A stretch of DNA of 34,867 nucleotides, taken from Bacteroidota bacterium. GTDB taxonomy: Bacteria > Bacteroidota > Bacteroidia > Bacteroidales > UBA12077. The position numbers and the translations under genes are program-made. Numbering within the stretch: the first letter of the stretch is position 1; each line of letters opens with the position of its first letter. The notes under the pieces were generated by a model, which saw only the letters and a list, made by a program, of their open reading frames with translations, did no database searches and was not told where the DNA came from. Positions 8,463-19,080 of the stretch are shown in pieces. The DNA lies in contig JBNJFT010000004.1 in NCBI GenBank assembly GCA_051747065.1, positions 1-34,867 of the forward strand, in the 5' to 3' direction.

Positions 8463-9305
8463 TTATTGTTTTTTCTTATTGTACTTATAAATCAGGTCAA
8501 TTAACGAAATTGATGCATCTTCCATGCTATTTACAATGCCGTCAATTTTTGAAACAATATAATTATAGAATAACTGAAGTATTACACCTACAATAAGACC
8601 TGAAACTGTTGTAATCAAGGCAACTTTAATACCACCTGCAACTAATGATGGAGAAATGTTTCCTGCAGCCTCAATGTTGTCAAATGCAGCGATCATACCG
8701 ATAACAGTACCCATAAAACCAAGCATTGGTGCAATGGCAATGAATAATGAAACCCATGTTAAGCCTTGTTCTAATAAGCCGGCCTGAACACTTCCGTATG
8801 AAATCACTGACTTTTCTGCTACATCAATTCCTTCATCTGCTCTGTCTAATCCTTGATAGAAAATTGATGCCACAGGGCCTCTGGTGTTTCGGCAAACTTC
8901 TTTGGCAGATTCGAGGCCACCTTCTTCCAGTGCATCTTCTACATTTTTAAGAAGCTTTTCTGTGTTTGTTGTAGATAGGTTTAGGTAGATGATTCTTTCA
9001 ATAGAAATAGCTAAACCGAAAATTAATGCTAATAATACAACTCCCATAAAAGCAGGGCCACCTTCAATAAACTTTTGTTTGATTTGTTTATGTAAGGATT
9101 CCCTTTCTTCTGTTGTTTCATCTCCTTGAGCGGCAGCTGTAGTATCAGCCTCTGTTGTGTCGGCTGCTGTAGTATCTGCTCCCGCTTCAGTTGTGTCTTG
9201 CATTTCTGCTTTGTCGGCTTGTTCATCTTCTTGAGCCATTGTAAAAGCTGTAGATCCAAAGATCAAAAGTCCGATTACTGCGATTGTTGTGAATAATCTT
9301 TTCAT
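8463..9305 (-). CDS. exbB: MotA/TolQ/ExbB proton channel family protein
   Basis: FIEGGPAFM, IAPMLGFMGTVIGMI and GGIKVALITTVSGL motifs. Signal peptide followed by an acidic linker. Confidence 0.92.
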   Translation of the reverse strand: MKRLFTTIAVIGLLIFGSTAFTMAQEDEQADKAEMQDTTEAGADTTAADTTEADTTAAAQGDETTEERESLHKQIKQKFIEGGPAFMGVVLLALIFGLAISIERIIYLNLSTTNTEKLLKNVEDALEEGGLESAKEVCRNTRGPVASIFYQGLDRADEGIDVAEKSVISYGSVQAGLLEQGLTWVSLFIAIAPMLGFMGTVIGMIAAFDNIEAAGNISPSLVAGGIKVALITTVSGLIVGVILQLFYNYIVSKIDGIVNSMEDASISLIDLIYKYNKKKQ

Positions 9306-9374
9306 GGTTTGTCTACTGTTTTTTGTTTGATTAATGTTTATAAAAATAATAAATCTTTGTTAGAAAAAAAACGG

Positions 9375-9462
9375 CGGAGAAAGAGGGATTCGAACCCTCG
9401 TGACGCTTGTGGCGTCAACACGCTTTCCAGGCGTGCGCCTTCAGCCGCTCGGCCATTTCTCC
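9375..9462 (-). tRNA. tRNA-Ser(GGA)
   Basis: Reverse complement shows acceptor stem GGAGAAA..TTTCTCC-G, anticodon arm CACGC-CTGGAAA-GCGTG, long variable arm TGACGC-CACAA-GCGTCA and T-loop GGTTCGAATCC. CCA is not encoded (3' reads CCG). Confidence 0.96.
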
Positions 9463-9523
9463 CGATATCTTTTTCACCATAATTTTGCGGCACAAATTAC
9501 AAAAAAATATGATTCAACAAATA

Positions 9524-10555
9524 TTAATTAGTAATTTCTCCTCTCATTGGTTTGTTTAATGTTTCTTTTATTTGCTTATAGTCAGAAAATTGCCCTAATA
9601 AAAACATTGATTTTGTTAATGCAGCCTCTGTAGTCATGTCATACCCATTAATCACTCCTGCATTTAGAAGTCTTTTTCCATTGTCATATTTTGACATATC
9701 CACCTGACCTGCCATGCATTGTGTTATATTAAGCACTATCTTATTATGTTTTACAGCATTTTCTAATGCCCGAATAAGCCATTCTGTCCCTGGAGCATTT
9801 CCTGCACCATAAGTTTCCAGGATTATACCTTTTATCTTCTTTGATTTGGTCATAAATTCTACGATATCTTTATCTAATCCCGGAAATAATCGGATAATAC
9901 CAATTCTTGAATCAATTTGATCATAGACTTCTAACTCTTTCTTTTTTGTTGGATAAAATATTGCTGAATTATTGTATCTGATATTTATTCCTATTTCTGC
10001 CAAATCCGGGTAGTTGGGCGAAGCAAAAGCATTAAAGTGTTCTGAGCTTACCTTTGTTGTCCTGTTTCCTCTATATAGTTTATTCTCAAAATAAATTGCT
10101 ACTTCAGGTACTAAGGGCTGTTCTTCTTTTTTTGTTGCTGCTATTTCTATTGCTGTTATTAAATTTTCTTTTCCATCTGTTCTTAATGTACCAATTGGTA
10201 GTTGTGAACCGGTAAAAATCACAGGTTTTTGAAGGTTTCCTAACAAAAAACTTAATGCTGAAGCGGTATATGCCATAGTGTCTGTTCCGTGTAATACCAG
10301 GAAACCATCGTAATTTGAATAGTTATCGTTTATGGTGTGTGCTAATTTAACCCAAAATTCCGGAGTGACATCTGATGAGTCAATAAGAGGCGAAAAAGTA
10401 ACCGTGTCAATATTGTATCCGAAACTTTTTAGTTCAGGCACCTGATCTACGATGTGAGAGAAATCAAACGGAGATAAACTGCCGGTTTCGGGATTTTTTA
10501 CCATCCCTATGGTTCCTCCGGTATAGATAATCAGTATATTTGCTTCTTCACTCAT
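9524..10555 (-). CDS. ansA: Type I (cytoplasmic) L-asparaginase
   Basis: IYTGGTIGM, HGTDTMAYTAS, TGSQLP and ETYGAGN motifs. Confidence 0.93.
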   Translation of the reverse strand: MSEEANILIIYTGGTIGMVKNPETGSLSPFDFSHIVDQVPELKSFGYNIDTVTFSPLIDSSDVTPEFWVKLAHTINDNYSNYDGFLVLHGTDTMAYTASALSFLLGNLQKPVIFTGSQLPIGTLRTDGKENLITAIEIAATKKEEQPLVPEVAIYFENKLYRGNRTTKVSSEHFNAFASPNYPDLAEIGINIRYNNSAIFYPTKKKELEVYDQIDSRIGIIRLFPGLDKDIVEFMTKSKKIKGIILETYGAGNAPGTEWLIRALENAVKHNKIVLNITQCMAGQVDMSKYDNGKRLLNAGVINGYDMTTEAALTKSMFLLGQFSDYKQIKETLNKPMRGEITN

Positions 10556-11328
10556 CAGGAATGAATATTAAATATTTTCTTTGCGTTTTGTGTAGTGATT
10601 TTTGCTACTTCTTCCAAACTCAGCCCTTTTATCTGTGCGATTTTTTCTGCAATATACAATACATGCGAACTCTCGTTTCGCTTTCCTCGTTTGGGTTCAG
10701 GGGATAAAAATGGTGAATCTGTTTCTAACACCAAATGATTAATATCAATTTGTTTTACAACATCATCTAATTTAGAATTTTTAAATGTTACAATCCCGTT
10801 TATTCCAATTTTAAATCCTAAATCAATGATATGTTCAGCTTGTTTAAGTGTGCCTGAAAAACTGTGAAAGACACCCATCAGGTTTTCGCCTGCTTCATTG
10901 TCTACTACTTTAAATATTTCATCAAATGAATTTCTTGCATGAATTACAATCGGCAGTTTGAGTTTTTTTGCCCATTGTATTTGCTTTCTGAAAACATCTA
11001 CTTGTTGTTGGTAATAAGTATCATCCCAATAAAGATCAATGCCGATTTCCCCTATTGCGATAAATTCTTTTTTTTCCAGCCAATTTTCTACATTTTTTAG
11101 TTCATCTTCATAATTGTTTTGGACTGATGTAGGGTGCAGTCCCATCATAGGATAGAATAAGTCAGGGTAATCCGCCTCGAGCTTAAACATGGCATCAATT
11201 GAGCCCGAGTCAATATTTGGGAGAAATACCTTTTTGACATGGTTTTCTTTGAGTCGGCTAATTACATCATGAAAATCTGCGGCGAAATCTTCAAGATACA
11301 AATGCGAATGTGTGTCTATAATTTCCAT
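10555..11328 (-). CDS. tatD: TatD family hydrolase
   Basis: IIDTHSHL, GLHP, AIGEIGIDLYW, IHAR, FHSFSG and LETDSPFL. Start placed at MEIIDTH. Confidence 0.92.
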   Translation of the reverse strand: MEIIDTHSHLYLEDFAADFHDVISRLKENHVKKVFLPNIDSGSIDAMFKLEADYPDLFYPMMGLHPTSVQNNYEDELKNVENWLEKKEFIAIGEIGIDLYWDDTYYQQQVDVFRKQIQWAKKLKLPIVIHARNSFDEIFKVVDNEAGENLMGVFHSFSGTLKQAEHIIDLGFKIGINGIVTFKNSKLDDVVKQIDINHLVLETDSPFLSPEPKRGKRNESSHVLYIAEKIAQIKGLSLEEVAKITTQNAKKIFNIHS

Positions 11329-11502
11329 ATTATTTGAACTGAAAGATGGAGCCCGCTCCAAAAGATAAAGTTATTTCAATTAAAATCTTTAGCTGTTAAG
11401 TCGATGCTATCATTTTATTGTTTTGTGTGTTTGTTTGATGTAGCTGTTCGGTGCATTTTAGTTTTATTCAATACTGCAAATCTTGTAAAAAAAAGTCGAA
11501 AT

Positions 11503-11530
11503 AAAAAAAGGGGCTCTAAAAAGCCCCCTT
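11503..11530 (-). terminator. Intrinsic terminator of gdhA
   Basis: AAGGGGGCT-loop-AGCCCCCTT with a T-tract on the minus strand. Confidence 0.8.
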
Positions 11531-11551
11531 GAATTGATTAGCCTGTTTTTT

Positions 11552-12925
<1,374 letters not shown>

Positions 12926-12942
12926 TCAACTTGTAGTACAAA

Positions 12943-12950
12943 CAAACTTA
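12943..12950 (-). promoter_or_regulatory. -7 promoter box for gdhA
   Basis: TAAGTTTG on the minus strand, about 50 nt upstream of the ATG. Confidence 0.45.
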
Positions 12951-13103
12951 GGCAAAAATTTTGTTTTGGTAAACATATTTTAGTTACGAATCTTTCGAGT
13001 AGGCCGAGGCTAAAATTATTTTTTGTTTAATATTATTATTGTCAAGGATTTTGAAGTTTTTGATAACAATATGTTGTGAAACATGTTGTGACAAAAGTCA
13101 TTT

Positions 13104-14222
13104 TTAAAGTTTGATAATTTTGTATTGCTTTCCGGGAAGGGATTTGACAAGCCCTTTGAATTCAAGATCTAATAACAGGGGAGATATTTGACTGGTTGAT
13201 TGTTTCATTTCATTACAAATGTGATCGATAGGAATTGTTTCGTAAGCTTTCAGTACTTCTAAAACTTCTTTTTCTTTTGCAGTTAGCTCCTGAAACATTT
13301 TTCGTTGAATGGTGCGTTGTTTTTGTTTTTGAACCTCCCAGCCCATAAGATATTCCAAGTCTGCTGCGCTTTCTATTAAAGATGCTTTGTTTGATTTTAT
13401 TAGTTGGTTGCATCCTTTTGAATATTTATCGCTTACTCTTCCGGGAAAAGCAAAAACATCCCGGTTGTAGGAATTTGCTATGTCTGCAGTAATTAATGCT
13501 CCTCCTTTATCTCCGGATTCAACTATTACTGTGGCATCAGACATGCCTGCTATAATCCGGTTTCTGCTTATAAAATTTCCTGCAATGGCCCTGGTGTTGC
13601 TTTTGAACTCAGTCACCAAAGCTCCCTGAGAAACGATTTTTTCAGCAATATTCCGATGCATGGCCGGATATACCATGTTCAGTCCATGCCCGAGAACAGC
13701 GATCGTTTTTAAACCGGCCTCGAGTGCTGTAGTGTGAGCGCAGATATCAACTCCATATGCCAGTCCGCTTACGATTAATAATTCATCATTTGTTTGAGCG
13801 AGATCTTTGATTAGTTTTTTACAAAGATCAATGCCATGTTCAGTGGGCTTTCTTGTTCCGACTATACTCAGTGTTTTTATGCGAGAAAAGTCAACCTTCC
13901 CCTTTGAATAGAAAATCACAGGAGAGTCTTCACAGTTTTTAAGACGCTCCGGATATGCCTTGTCAGTGAAGAAATATGTATGAATGTTGTACTTTTCTAT
14001 GAATTTTAATTCTGTTTCGGCTTTTTCGAGGTAATCTTTTGAACAAATGTGTTTTGCTGTTTGTTCTCCTATATTAGGAATTTTTAACAGGTTGTTTTTG
14101 TTCTCCTGAAACACAGCCTGGGGTGAGCCTGTGTAAGCTATTAGTCTTTTCGCTAAAATAGGCCCGATTTTTGGAATTAGACTTAATGCAATTTTATATT
14201 GAAGATTTTTGTCGAGGCTCAT
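13104..14222 (-). CDS. dprA: DNA-processing protein DprA
   Basis: YPERLK, SIVGTRKPT, VSGLAYGVD, FISRNRIIAG and GGALITA motifs; C-terminal winged helix LLDLEFKGLV. Confidence 0.95.
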   Translation of the reverse strand: MSLDKNLQYKIALSLIPKIGPILAKRLIAYTGSPQAVFQENKNNLLKIPNIGEQTAKHICSKDYLEKAETELKFIEKYNIHTYFFTDKAYPERLKNCEDSPVIFYSKGKVDFSRIKTLSIVGTRKPTEHGIDLCKKLIKDLAQTNDELLIVSGLAYGVDICAHTTALEAGLKTIAVLGHGLNMVYPAMHRNIAEKIVSQGALVTEFKSNTRAIAGNFISRNRIIAGMSDATVIVESGDKGGALITADIANSYNRDVFAFPGRVSDKYSKGCNQLIKSNKASLIESAADLEYLMGWEVQKQKQRTIQRKMFQELTAKEKEVLEVLKAYETIPIDHICNEMKQSTSQISPLLLDLEFKGLVKSLPGKQYKIIKL

Positions 14223-14460
14223 ATAACCTGATTTTTGTCATTATATTAAAATAATTCAATCAAAACTATAACTTAATATTAACCAGCACGTATTACTTAT
14301 ACTTTTTTACACCTTAAAATCGTTTCTATCCTTTTCAAAATGAGTGAAAAAAGATTGGCAATTTAAGTAAATTTTTTGCAACTTTGTAAAATTTCCCTTA
14401 AGAATTGTTCGTTACATTACATATATAATTGTTGGAATTAAAGAAAACTAAAAAGCAGAG

Positions 14461-15321
14461 ATGAGACAACTAAAGATTACGAAGTCCATTACGAATAGAG
14501 ATAGTTCATCTCTAGAGAAGTATCTTCAGGAAGTAGGAAAAGAAAACTTGTTAACACCGGATGAAGAAGTAGATCTAGCACAAAGAATTAAGAAAGGGGA
14601 TAAGGTTGCTCTGGAAAAACTTACAAGAGCAAATTTGAGATTTGTTATTTCCGTTGCAAAACAATACCAATTTCAGGGCTTAAGTTTACCGGACCTTATC
14701 AATGAAGGCAATTTAGGATTAATTAAGGCTGCAGAGCGTTTTGATGAAACTAAAGGTTTTAAGTTTATTTCCTATGCTGTTTGGTGGATTCGTCAATCCA
14801 TTCTTCAGGCAATTGCCGAACAATCAAGGGTTGTAAGATTACCTTTAAACAAGGTGGGATCAATCAACAAACTTCATAAAGCATATTCAAAACTGGAGCA
14901 GGAGAACGATAGAACTCCGACAGCTGAAGAGCTTGCTGAAATGGTTGATTTACCCAAGGAAAAGGTGGAAAAGACACTTCAACTTTCAGGAAAACCACTT
15001 TCTATGGATGCTCCTTTTGATGACGATGAAGACGGTAGCTTGCTCGATGTAATGGAAAACGGAGATGCGCCGGAAGCTGATGGAACATTGATGAATGAGT
15101 CTCTTAGCAGAGAGATTGATCGCACTTTAAGCGTTTTGCCTGAAAAGGAAAAAGCGGTTATCAAGTATTTCTTTGGATTAGGCGTTGGTGAAATGTCTCT
15201 TGAAGAAATTGGCCAAAAACTGAATCTTACACGAGAACGAGTAAGGCAGATTAAGGAAAAGGGCATTAGAAGATTGCGTCATTCTTCAAAAAATAAGCTA
15301 TTGAAAAAATATTTAGGATAA
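14461..15321 (+). CDS. rpoD: RNA polymerase sigma factor, RpoD/SigA family (Bacteroidota type, no region 1.1)
   Basis: [14 protein letters not shown]-terminus, [27 protein letters not shown] and [12 protein letters not shown]; 286 aa. Confidence 0.88.
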   Translation: MRQLKITKSITNRDSSSLEKYLQEVGKENLLTPDEEVDLAQRIKKGDKVALEKLTRANLRFVISVAKQYQFQGLSLPDLINEGNLGLIKAAERFDETKGFKFISYAVWWIRQSILQAIAEQSRVVRLPLNKVGSINKLHKAYSKLEQENDRTPTAEELAEMVDLPKEKVEKTLQLSGKPLSMDAPFDDDEDGSLLDVMENGDAPEADGTLMNESLSREIDRTLSVLPEKEKAVIKYFFGLGVGEMSLEEIGQKLNLTRERVRQIKEKGIRRLRHSSKNKLLKKYLG

Positions 15322-15348
15322 TTTTTTAAGCGTTTAATTTTTTTCTTT

Positions 15349-15378
15349 AAAAGCCATCCGTAACAGGGTGGCTTTTTT
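15349..15378 (+). terminator. Intrinsic terminator after the sigma factor gene
   Basis: AAAAGCCATCC-loop-GGGTGGCTTTTTT. Confidence 0.8.
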
Positions 15379-15476
15379 AGTTTATTTCGTTTTTGAAAAA
15401 TTTATTAATTTTAACTGTTTACTTAATTGATATCTTAGAGGTTCAATAGCTCTGTAAATCAAAAGAATAGAGCTGT

Positions 15477-15845
15477 ATGGAAATAGTGATCGGCCATTAC
15501 CACTTGCATCCCGGAGGTGTAACTAAGATTATTGATTCGCAGATAAAAAGCTTACGGCAAAATAGTCCTGGCATTAAACTGAAAATTGTTTGTGGCCATG
15601 CTGATGATGAACGTGTGCGAATGTATCAGAAAGATAATGTTGCTGTAATTATCAACAGTGACTTAAATTATCTTGCTGAAGGGCTTACTAAATCCGAACT
15701 GGAAGAAAAATTCCGTGAACTGAAATCGTTTTTTATTTCTCATTTGCCGGAAGATGGTATTCTCCATTTCCATAATGCCAATTTGGGCAAGAATCCATTG
15801 GTTTCCTACTGTATATATGAATTGGCAAGGGACACTATCTACTAG
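15477..15845 (+). pseudogene. Truncated glycosyltransferase-like gene (GT-B N-terminal fragment)
   Basis: HYHLHPGGVTKII and HFHNANLGKN resemble the N-terminal lobe of GT4-like enzymes. Only 122 aa. The last codons and the stop come from the repeat element at 15834-15894. Confidence 0.6.
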
Positions 15846-15894
15846 CTACTATCTGCTTTTTTTTAAATTTATCCTTCACTTGTGAAATTGCCTA
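15834..15894 (-). mobile_element. MITE-like end module, locus B
   Basis: Reverse complement TAGGCAATTTCACAAGTGAAGGATAAATTTAAAAAAAAGCAGATAGTAGCTAGTAGATAGT aligns with 23748-23800. Confidence 0.7.
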
Positions 15895-15933
15895 TTTCAA
15901 TCACTTACAATTTTAAATGCCGGAACCAATTAG

Positions 15934-16488
15934 CTACTTAGGCACTTTCACTTTGTATTTCACATTGAACTTCCCTTTTGATATAGCATTTAATTTATTT
16001 CTCAGCATTCGTTTTTTTAGAGGAGCCGCTAAATCTGTAAATAATACACCATTCAAATGGTCAAATTCATGTTGAATAATTCTTGCGGCGATTCCTCCAT
16101 ATTCTTCATCGTGATAGTTAAAATCCTGATCATAATACTGAATGCGGACTTTTTCAGGCCTGACAATCTGTTCTCTTATTTCCGGTATACTCAAACATCC
16201 CTCTTCAAACACTTTATCATCGCCTGTGCGCTCCACTATTTCCGGATTAATAAAGGCTTGTTTAAAATCTTTTACTGAAGGATCATCTTCCTCCATTGGA
16301 GTTCCATCAATGACAAATATCCTTAAGTTTTTACCTACTTGAGGAGCTGCAAGGCCAATGCCATCTGAGTGATACATAGTTTCCCATAAATTTTTTATAA
16401 ACTCTTCCAAACCCTCTTCTCCTTTTTCCACTTCTCTCGATACTTTCCGCAATACCGGAGAACCATAAACATATACTGGTAGTATCAT
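15934..16488 (-). CDS. def: Peptide deformylase
   Basis: GIGLAAPQVG, EGCLSIP and QHEFDHLNG motifs. Confidence 0.96.
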   Translation of the reverse strand: MILPVYVYGSPVLRKVSREVEKGEEGLEEFIKNLWETMYHSDGIGLAAPQVGKNLRIFVIDGTPMEEDDPSVKDFKQAFINPEIVERTGDDKVFEEGCLSIPEIREQIVRPEKVRIQYYDQDFNYHDEEYGGIAARIIQHEFDHLNGVLFTDLAAPLKKRMLRNKLNAISKGKFNVKYKVKVPK

Positions 16489-16494
16489 CACTTT

Positions 16495-16908
16495 CTATTT
16501 TTTGCGTTCTAAATAGGACTGTAGAATTATCGTTGCACTAATTCGATCTACATTTCCTTTGTTTTGTCGTTGTTTCTTCTTCATGCCTCCGTCAATCATA
16601 GTTTGTTGAGCCATCTTTGAAGTAAAACGTTCATCTTCTATTTCAACCGGAATATCCGGAAATTGTTTACGTAATTTCTTCAAAAATGGTTTTATATATT
16701 CGACAGCTTCTGAATCCTGGTTGTTCATCTGTTTGGGATAGCCCACTACAATAATCTCTACGTTTTCTTTTTGAAAATAATCAGTCAAAAATTTCATTAA
16801 CTCCTGGGGATGAACCGTGGTTAACCCGTTGGCTATCATTTGCAAGGGATCAGTTACTGCCAGTCCTGCCCGTTTCTTTCCATAATCTATTGCTAGTATC
16901 CGTCCCAC
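16495..16908 (-). CDS. ruvX: YqgF/RuvX putative pre-16S rRNA nuclease
   Basis: ILAIDYGKKRAGLAVTD, DERFTS and VDRISATIILQSYL; GTG start. Confidence 0.93.
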   Translation of the reverse strand: MGRILAIDYGKKRAGLAVTDPLQMIANGLTTVHPQELMKFLTDYFQKENVEIIVVGYPKQMNNQDSEAVEYIKPFLKKLRKQFPDIPVEIEDERFTSKMAQQTMIDGGMKKKQRQNKGNVDRISATIILQSYLERKK

Positions 16909-16939
16909 AATTATATTTATTTAAACAAATTTAAAATTG

Positions 16940-16947
16940 CAAAAATA
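16940..16947 (-). promoter_or_regulatory. -7 promoter box for ruvX-def
   Basis: TATTTTTG on the minus strand, about 32 nt upstream of the start. Confidence 0.45.
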
Positions 16948-17027
16948 ACAAGTTTTATGTTATTCTTCATAAAACGTTCTTTAAAATATTTTTATGACTA
17001 TCAGATTGAAATAATGGATAGAACGCA

Positions 17028-17073
17028 CCTGCCTGCAGGCAGGGATTAAGTGCCTCGCCTGCCGATAGACAGG
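17028..17073. repeat. Two REP-like palindromes
   Basis: Perfect 16-bp palindrome CCTGCCTGCAGGCAGG (17028-17043) and degenerate CCTCGCCTGCCGATAGACAGG (17053-17073). Confidence 0.65.
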
Positions 17074-17142
17074 GATTCGTCGGTTGCCGAACACAGTAAA
17101 CGCGGATTTTTTTCTTACAATAAAAACTAATAACCAATTAAG

Positions 17143-17185
17143 TCTCTTTGCCTTTGCTAACGGATGAGTTAGCAAAGGCCAGAGA
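17143..17185. other. Stem-loop downstream of the thi operon
   Basis: GCCTTTGCTAAC-GGATGA-GTTAGCAAAGGC, extended by TCTCT/AGAGA. No clear U-tract. Confidence 0.5.
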
Positions 17186-17222
17186 AAGGCAATGTCGGTT
17201 AATTTTAATTTTCATCATTCTC

Positions 17223-17927
17223 TTACAGAGTTACAATTTGATAGGAATTATTCTGAATATTATAAGATAACAGTTTCCCGTCAAGTATATCGCCGGTTTG
17301 AGTCAGCATTTTTATTACTTCATTTGCCTGAATGCTTCCAATAATCATTGGCAGCGTAGGTATAATTCCTTTGGCTGGTTGTTTTTCGGGCATTTCCGGG
17401 AAAATGTCACGGAGATTGATGCTGTTTTTATTATGCAGAATTGTCACTATTCCTTCATAATCACTAACTGATGCGTATACCAGAGGTCTTTTCAAGCTTG
17501 CGCACGTATCATTAATCAGGTAGCGTGTGGGAAAGTTATCTGTACAGTCCAAAACTACGTCGAAACCTTCAATTATTTTTTTGCAATTGGTTTCATCAAT
17601 ACGATTAGAAAATTTAGTAAGATGTATGTCCGGATTCAATTGCCGTGCCTTTTGACTCGCGATCTCAAGCTTGTCTTTTCCAATGTCGGAAGGGGAATAA
17701 AGCAATTGCCTTTGCAGGTTGCTTTTTTCCACTTTATCAAATTCCGCGACACCCAGATTTCCTACTCCTGCTGCAGACAAAGCAGGTATTGTGGCGGAAC
17801 CTAATCCCCCGGCACCTATTACAAGGATTTTTGATTTTTTTAAATTAATGATAGCTTTTTCTCCCATTTCAGGCAGGGATATCATCCTGGAATATCTTTC
17901 TTTTTCATTATTTGTTAACTGTTCCAT
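17223..17927 (-). CDS. thiF: ThiF/MoeB family sulfur-carrier adenylyltransferase
   Basis: RYSRM, VIGAGGLG, SNLQRQLLY and DCTDNFPTRYLIND. Start placed at MEQLT (17927), just after the thiH stop. Confidence 0.88.
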   Translation of the reverse strand: MEQLTNNEKERYSRMISLPEMGEKAIINLKKSKILVIGAGGLGSATIPALSAAGVGNLGVAEFDKVEKSNLQRQLLYSPSDIGKDKLEIASQKARQLNPDIHLTKFSNRIDETNCKKIIEGFDVVLDCTDNFPTRYLINDTCASLKRPLVYASVSDYEGIVTILHNKNSINLRDIFPEMPEKQPAKGIIPTLPMIIGSIQANEVIKMLTQTGDILDGKLLSYNIQNNSYQIVTL

Positions 17928-17943
17928 AGTAAATTTTGAAATT

Positions 17944-19068
17944 TTACTTTTCAATGCATTGGAGTGATTCATCCCAGTTTTTCCAAACTGCTTCATAACC
18001 TTTATTTTCAATAGCCGTTTCAATTTTTTCAGGACTTCGGTTATCGGCAACCTGAAATTGTTGCAAGTGATTATGCTCTTCATTATAACCGCCGGGTTCT
18101 GTCTTTGAGCCTGCACTCATAGTTGTAATGCCTAAAGGAAAAACATGATCCCTGAAATAAGGACTTTCCCTGGTGCTAAGTGCTAATTCCAGATTCTCAT
18201 CAAATATACGGTAAGCAGTTATGAGCTGTACCATTTGTTTGTCAGAAATTTCATAATTTGGCTGGTAACTCCCGGCAAAAGGACGAAGTCTTGGAAATGA
18301 TATGGAATAATTTGTTTTCCAGTAATGTTTTTGAAGATATCTAAGATGAAGGGCGTTAAAACAGGAATCAACACGCCAGTCTTCCAGTCCAAGCAAAACC
18401 CCCAGCCCCGTTTTATGTACTTCAGCATCTCCCATTCTTTCAGGAGTTTCTAATCTATGCCTGAAATCAGACTTTTTCCCTGAGGGATGATAGTGTCGAT
18501 AATTCGTTTGATTATATGTTTCCTGGTAAAGATATACAGAGTTCAACCCGGCTTTCTGAAGTTTTCTATATTCCTCAACTTTCAAAGGCTGAACTTCAAT
18601 GGAAACCATAGCGAACTTCTTAGTCATTTCCTGAACGACCTCATACAGATACTGAAAACCCGCTTCTTTGGGATGCTCACCAGTTACAAGCAAAATGTGT
18701 TCGAACCCCATTTCTTTGATTTTCTGGCTCTCATTCCGGATTTCTTCTCTGGATAAAGTTTTACGGGCAATTTTGTTAGTGTGATTGAATCCGCAATATA
18801 CACAACCATTCGTGCACTCATTGGAAAGATATAACGGAATGTAAAGCTGAATAGTCTTTCCGAATCTTTTCAAGGTGAGTTTACGGCTGATTTGTGCCAT
18901 CTCTTCGATATATTCTGAAGCTGCCGGAGAAAGCAATGCCATAAAATCTTCCAATTTGCCATTTCCGGCATGACTAAGGGCTCTTTCAACATCCCGGTAA
19001 GTTTTACCGTAAATTTGATCTTTGATTGTATTCCATGAATAGTGTTGAATTTCGTCAAAAAAGCTCAT
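17944..19068 (-). CDS. thiH: 2-iminoacetate synthase (radical SAM)
   Basis: PLYLSNECTNGCVYCGF, SISFPRLRP, SAGSKTEPGGY and WKNWD. Confidence 0.95.
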   Translation of the reverse strand: MSFFDEIQHYSWNTIKDQIYGKTYRDVERALSHAGNGKLEDFMALLSPAASEYIEEMAQISRKLTLKRFGKTIQLYIPLYLSNECTNGCVYCGFNHTNKIARKTLSREEIRNESQKIKEMGFEHILLVTGEHPKEAGFQYLYEVVQEMTKKFAMVSIEVQPLKVEEYRKLQKAGLNSVYLYQETYNQTNYRHYHPSGKKSDFRHRLETPERMGDAEVHKTGLGVLLGLEDWRVDSCFNALHLRYLQKHYWKTNYSISFPRLRPFAGSYQPNYEISDKQMVQLITAYRIFDENLELALSTRESPYFRDHVFPLGITTMSAGSKTEPGGYNEEHNHLQQFQVADNRSPEKIETAIENKGYEAVWKNWDESLQCIEK

Positions 19069-19080
19069 ATAATTATAGTA

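Noticed and set aside
9372-9375. tRNA-Ser lacks an encoded CCA; possible integration site
   Set aside because: A missing CCA is common and a CCA-adding enzyme is encoded in the window. No duplicated tRNA 3' end or integrase was seen.
16981-17175. 64-aa ORF containing PVYRQ/PACRQ
   Set aside because: It is a translation of the REP-like palindromes and hairpin, with no evidence of being a real gene.
17223-17927. ThiF lacking CxxC zinc motifs (NLRDIFP instead of CYRC)
   Set aside because: To my knowledge zinc-less ThiF/MoeB variants are common in Bacteroidota, so this is not evidence of decay.
17928-18116. Long N-terminal extensions of thiF (and likewise thiE, skp, murI, tatD) in the ORF track
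   Set aside because: They overlap upstream genes or terminators or lack homology. Downstream ATGs match the family N-termini.
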